From Octopus sinensis (taxonomy: Eukaryota), in the NCBI RefSeq assembly GCF_006345805.1, contig NW_021827001.1:1-11179 (forward strand): a stretch of DNA of 11,179 nucleotides. Reading direction: 5' to 3'. Positions 10,218-11,179 of the stretch are shown here, piece by piece; within the stretch, counting starts at the first letter, position 1, and each line of letters opens with the position of its first letter. A program made the position numbers and the translations under genes. The notes under the pieces are model-generated. The model was not told the origin of the DNA and made no database searches. It saw only the letters and a program-made list of their open reading frames with translations.

Positions 10218-10330
10218 ATTATTATTATCATTATTATTGTTGTTGTTGTTGTTGTAGTTCTTCTTCTTGTTCTTCTTGTTCTTTTTCTTCTCCATCCTCT
10301 TCTTCTTTTCTTCTAATTATTATTATTATT
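10218..10330. repeat. Graded triplet array (ATT)n-(GTT)n-(CTT)n-(ATT)n
   Basis: Read directly; gives the poly-I/V/L tail of ORF 10008..10316 and the poly-E/Q tail of ORF 10234..10452. Confidence 0.95.
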
Positions 10331-10467
10331 GTCATATGTAATGGTTTTGCTTTAGTTTTTACACAAGTCTCAACCAGAGACGTCAAGATACAACAATATT
10401 TTCCAACGTCCGAAGATGTTGATATGTGATGTTTCCATACAATTGAAAACACTGATATCTGTGATAT
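10234..10467 (-). CDS. Speculative downstream exon of a minus-strand gene
   Basis: Minus-strand acceptor ttttcttttttctttttttgacaacag| (19-nt pyrimidine tract at 10476-10494, AG at 10469-10468). The phase-0 frame is open for 77 codons (ISQISVFSIVWKHHISTSSDVGKYCC...QQQQQQ*), but its distal part is microsatellite and all three frames are open for the first ~80 nt, so the frame is unresolved. Confidence 0.2.
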   Translation of the reverse strand: MSQISVFSIVWKHHISTSSDVGKYCCILTSLVETCVKTKAKPLHMTIIIIIRRKEEEDGEEKEQEEQEEELQQQQQQ

Positions 10468-10577
10468 CTGTTGTCAAAAAAAGAAAAAAGAAAACGGAGT
10501 GGGAAAGGTTGCATCTATGTAGAGAGGAATTTACGTACAAAATATGAGGTACCCATCCGCAAGTATATTGGCAAATT

Positions 10578-10798
10578 GGCAAGTTCACAGAATTGTTAAA
10601 GCGCTGGAACTCGTTCACGGCTCTTTACCATCTAATTTCAAATGCAGCCGAGGTCAATTTACCCCTTTATCCCTCCGGGATTGATAAAGTGAGGTAGCGG
10701 TTAATTGGTCAGGAGGAAAGTATCAACTACTCTTTTCTCACATGAACTCTGGTCTCTGGCTTATGTTAGACACCATTATTATCATTGCTATTATTATT
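10578..10798 (+). mobile_element. Decayed tRNA-derived SINE of the type abundant in octopus genomes, with (ATT)n tail
   Basis: Head ggcaagttcacagaattgttaaagcg (A-box-like), degenerate B-box-like aatttcaaatg, central gccgaggtcaatttacccctttatccctccgggattgataaagtgaggtag, and tail accattattatcattgctattattatt. Colinear with the recalled consensus ggcagaattgttagc...gagttcaaattccgccgaggtcgactttgcctttcatcctttcggggtcgataaaataagtaccag...aaaccattatt. Family assignment not verified. Confidence 0.8.
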
Positions 10799-11054
10799 CT
10801 TATTTATTTGATATCTGCTTTGTGTGAGTAAAAGTAAATAAGGAACATACCCACAAAACTAATGTGCAACAGAATGAATCCTATCGAAAATACACGAGAT
10901 CCAGATAGTTATATTATACCAAGCAGTCGATTGCTTCTAGCATAACAGTAAGCCAATGATCGATAAAATGCCGTTCCAATATGTGAGGGCAACAGGCGTT
11001 CTGCTCTATTTTCAGTAGTATTTTAGACATTGTTCATAGCAGGCTTCAATTTAC

Positions 11055-11179
11055 CGTAGAATTTCGTTCTGGAGCTGGCTGCTTGAAATGATACTCCATA
11101 TTTTTTACAGTGAGCTCAACAATAACATTTGGATTAACCTGTTTTACTAAAATATTTCTATAGTAACTTTCAAGCGGCA
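11055..11179 (-). CDS. Candidate coding exon, truncated by window edge (PLESYYRNILVKQVNPNVIVELTVKNMEYHFKQPAPERNST), unknown product
   Basis: Only one of three minus frames is open (41 codons, 11177->11055); GC1 20/41, GC2 11/41, GC3 11/41; non-repetitive amino-acid composition; ends in phase 0 at ACG|gtaaat, with a stop two codons into the putative intron. No family recognised. Confidence 0.45.

Noticed and set aside
18-10316. Most ORFs in the supplied six-frame track (e.g. 5562..6005, 4647..5003, 6676..6972, 10008..10316)
   Set aside because: Translations are dominated by IY, CV, HT, LSIY and poly-I/V/L runs that come straight from microsatellites lacking stop codons; there is no domain-like content.
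9170-10384. AGACGTC three times (9170, 9978, 10378), CRE-like
   Set aside because: None is a full TGACGTCA and they are spread over 1.2 kb.
6099-10818. Exact 15-mer TTATTTGATATCTGC at 6099-6113 and 10804-10818
   Set aside because: A rough estimate gives about 0.5 such matches by chance in 11 kb of this composition; flanks do not extend.
10921-10936. Quasi-palindrome AAGCAGTCGATTGCTT resembling CAGTCGACTGC at 1022
   Set aside because: Short, imperfect, isolated, and with no shared flanking sequence.
1-11179. CRISPR array, tRNA/rRNA genes, transposase or reverse-transcriptase ORFs
   Set aside because: No regularly spaced 23-50 bp repeats with unique spacers, no cloverleaf or rRNA motifs, and no long non-repetitive ORF.

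Overview
AT-rich, microsatellite-dense eukaryotic genomic DNA that is almost entirely non-coding, most likely intronic or intergenic. There is no prokaryotic gene organisation, CRISPR array, rRNA or tRNA gene. The repeat landscape ((TA)n, (CA)n, (TATC)n, (CATA)n, (AAT)n) and two decayed SINE-like elements (4362-4573, 10578-10798) resemble, from memory, octopus/cephalopod genomic repeats; this taxon call is an inference, not a database result. Nearly every ORF in the supplied track is a translation of simple repeats. The best coding candidate is not in the track: a minus-strand exon running off the right edge (11179->11055) with one open frame, codon-position GC bias and a GT donor, possibly splicing to a strong acceptor at 10467. 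Other second-look items are a 48% GC, CpG-dense island with nested inverted repeats (969-1185), a cluster of three CACGTG E-boxes (2770-3083) and weak plus-strand splice-signal chains (4131-9016). I see no convincing evidence of a novel biological system; all findings are low-to-moderate-interest hypotheses.
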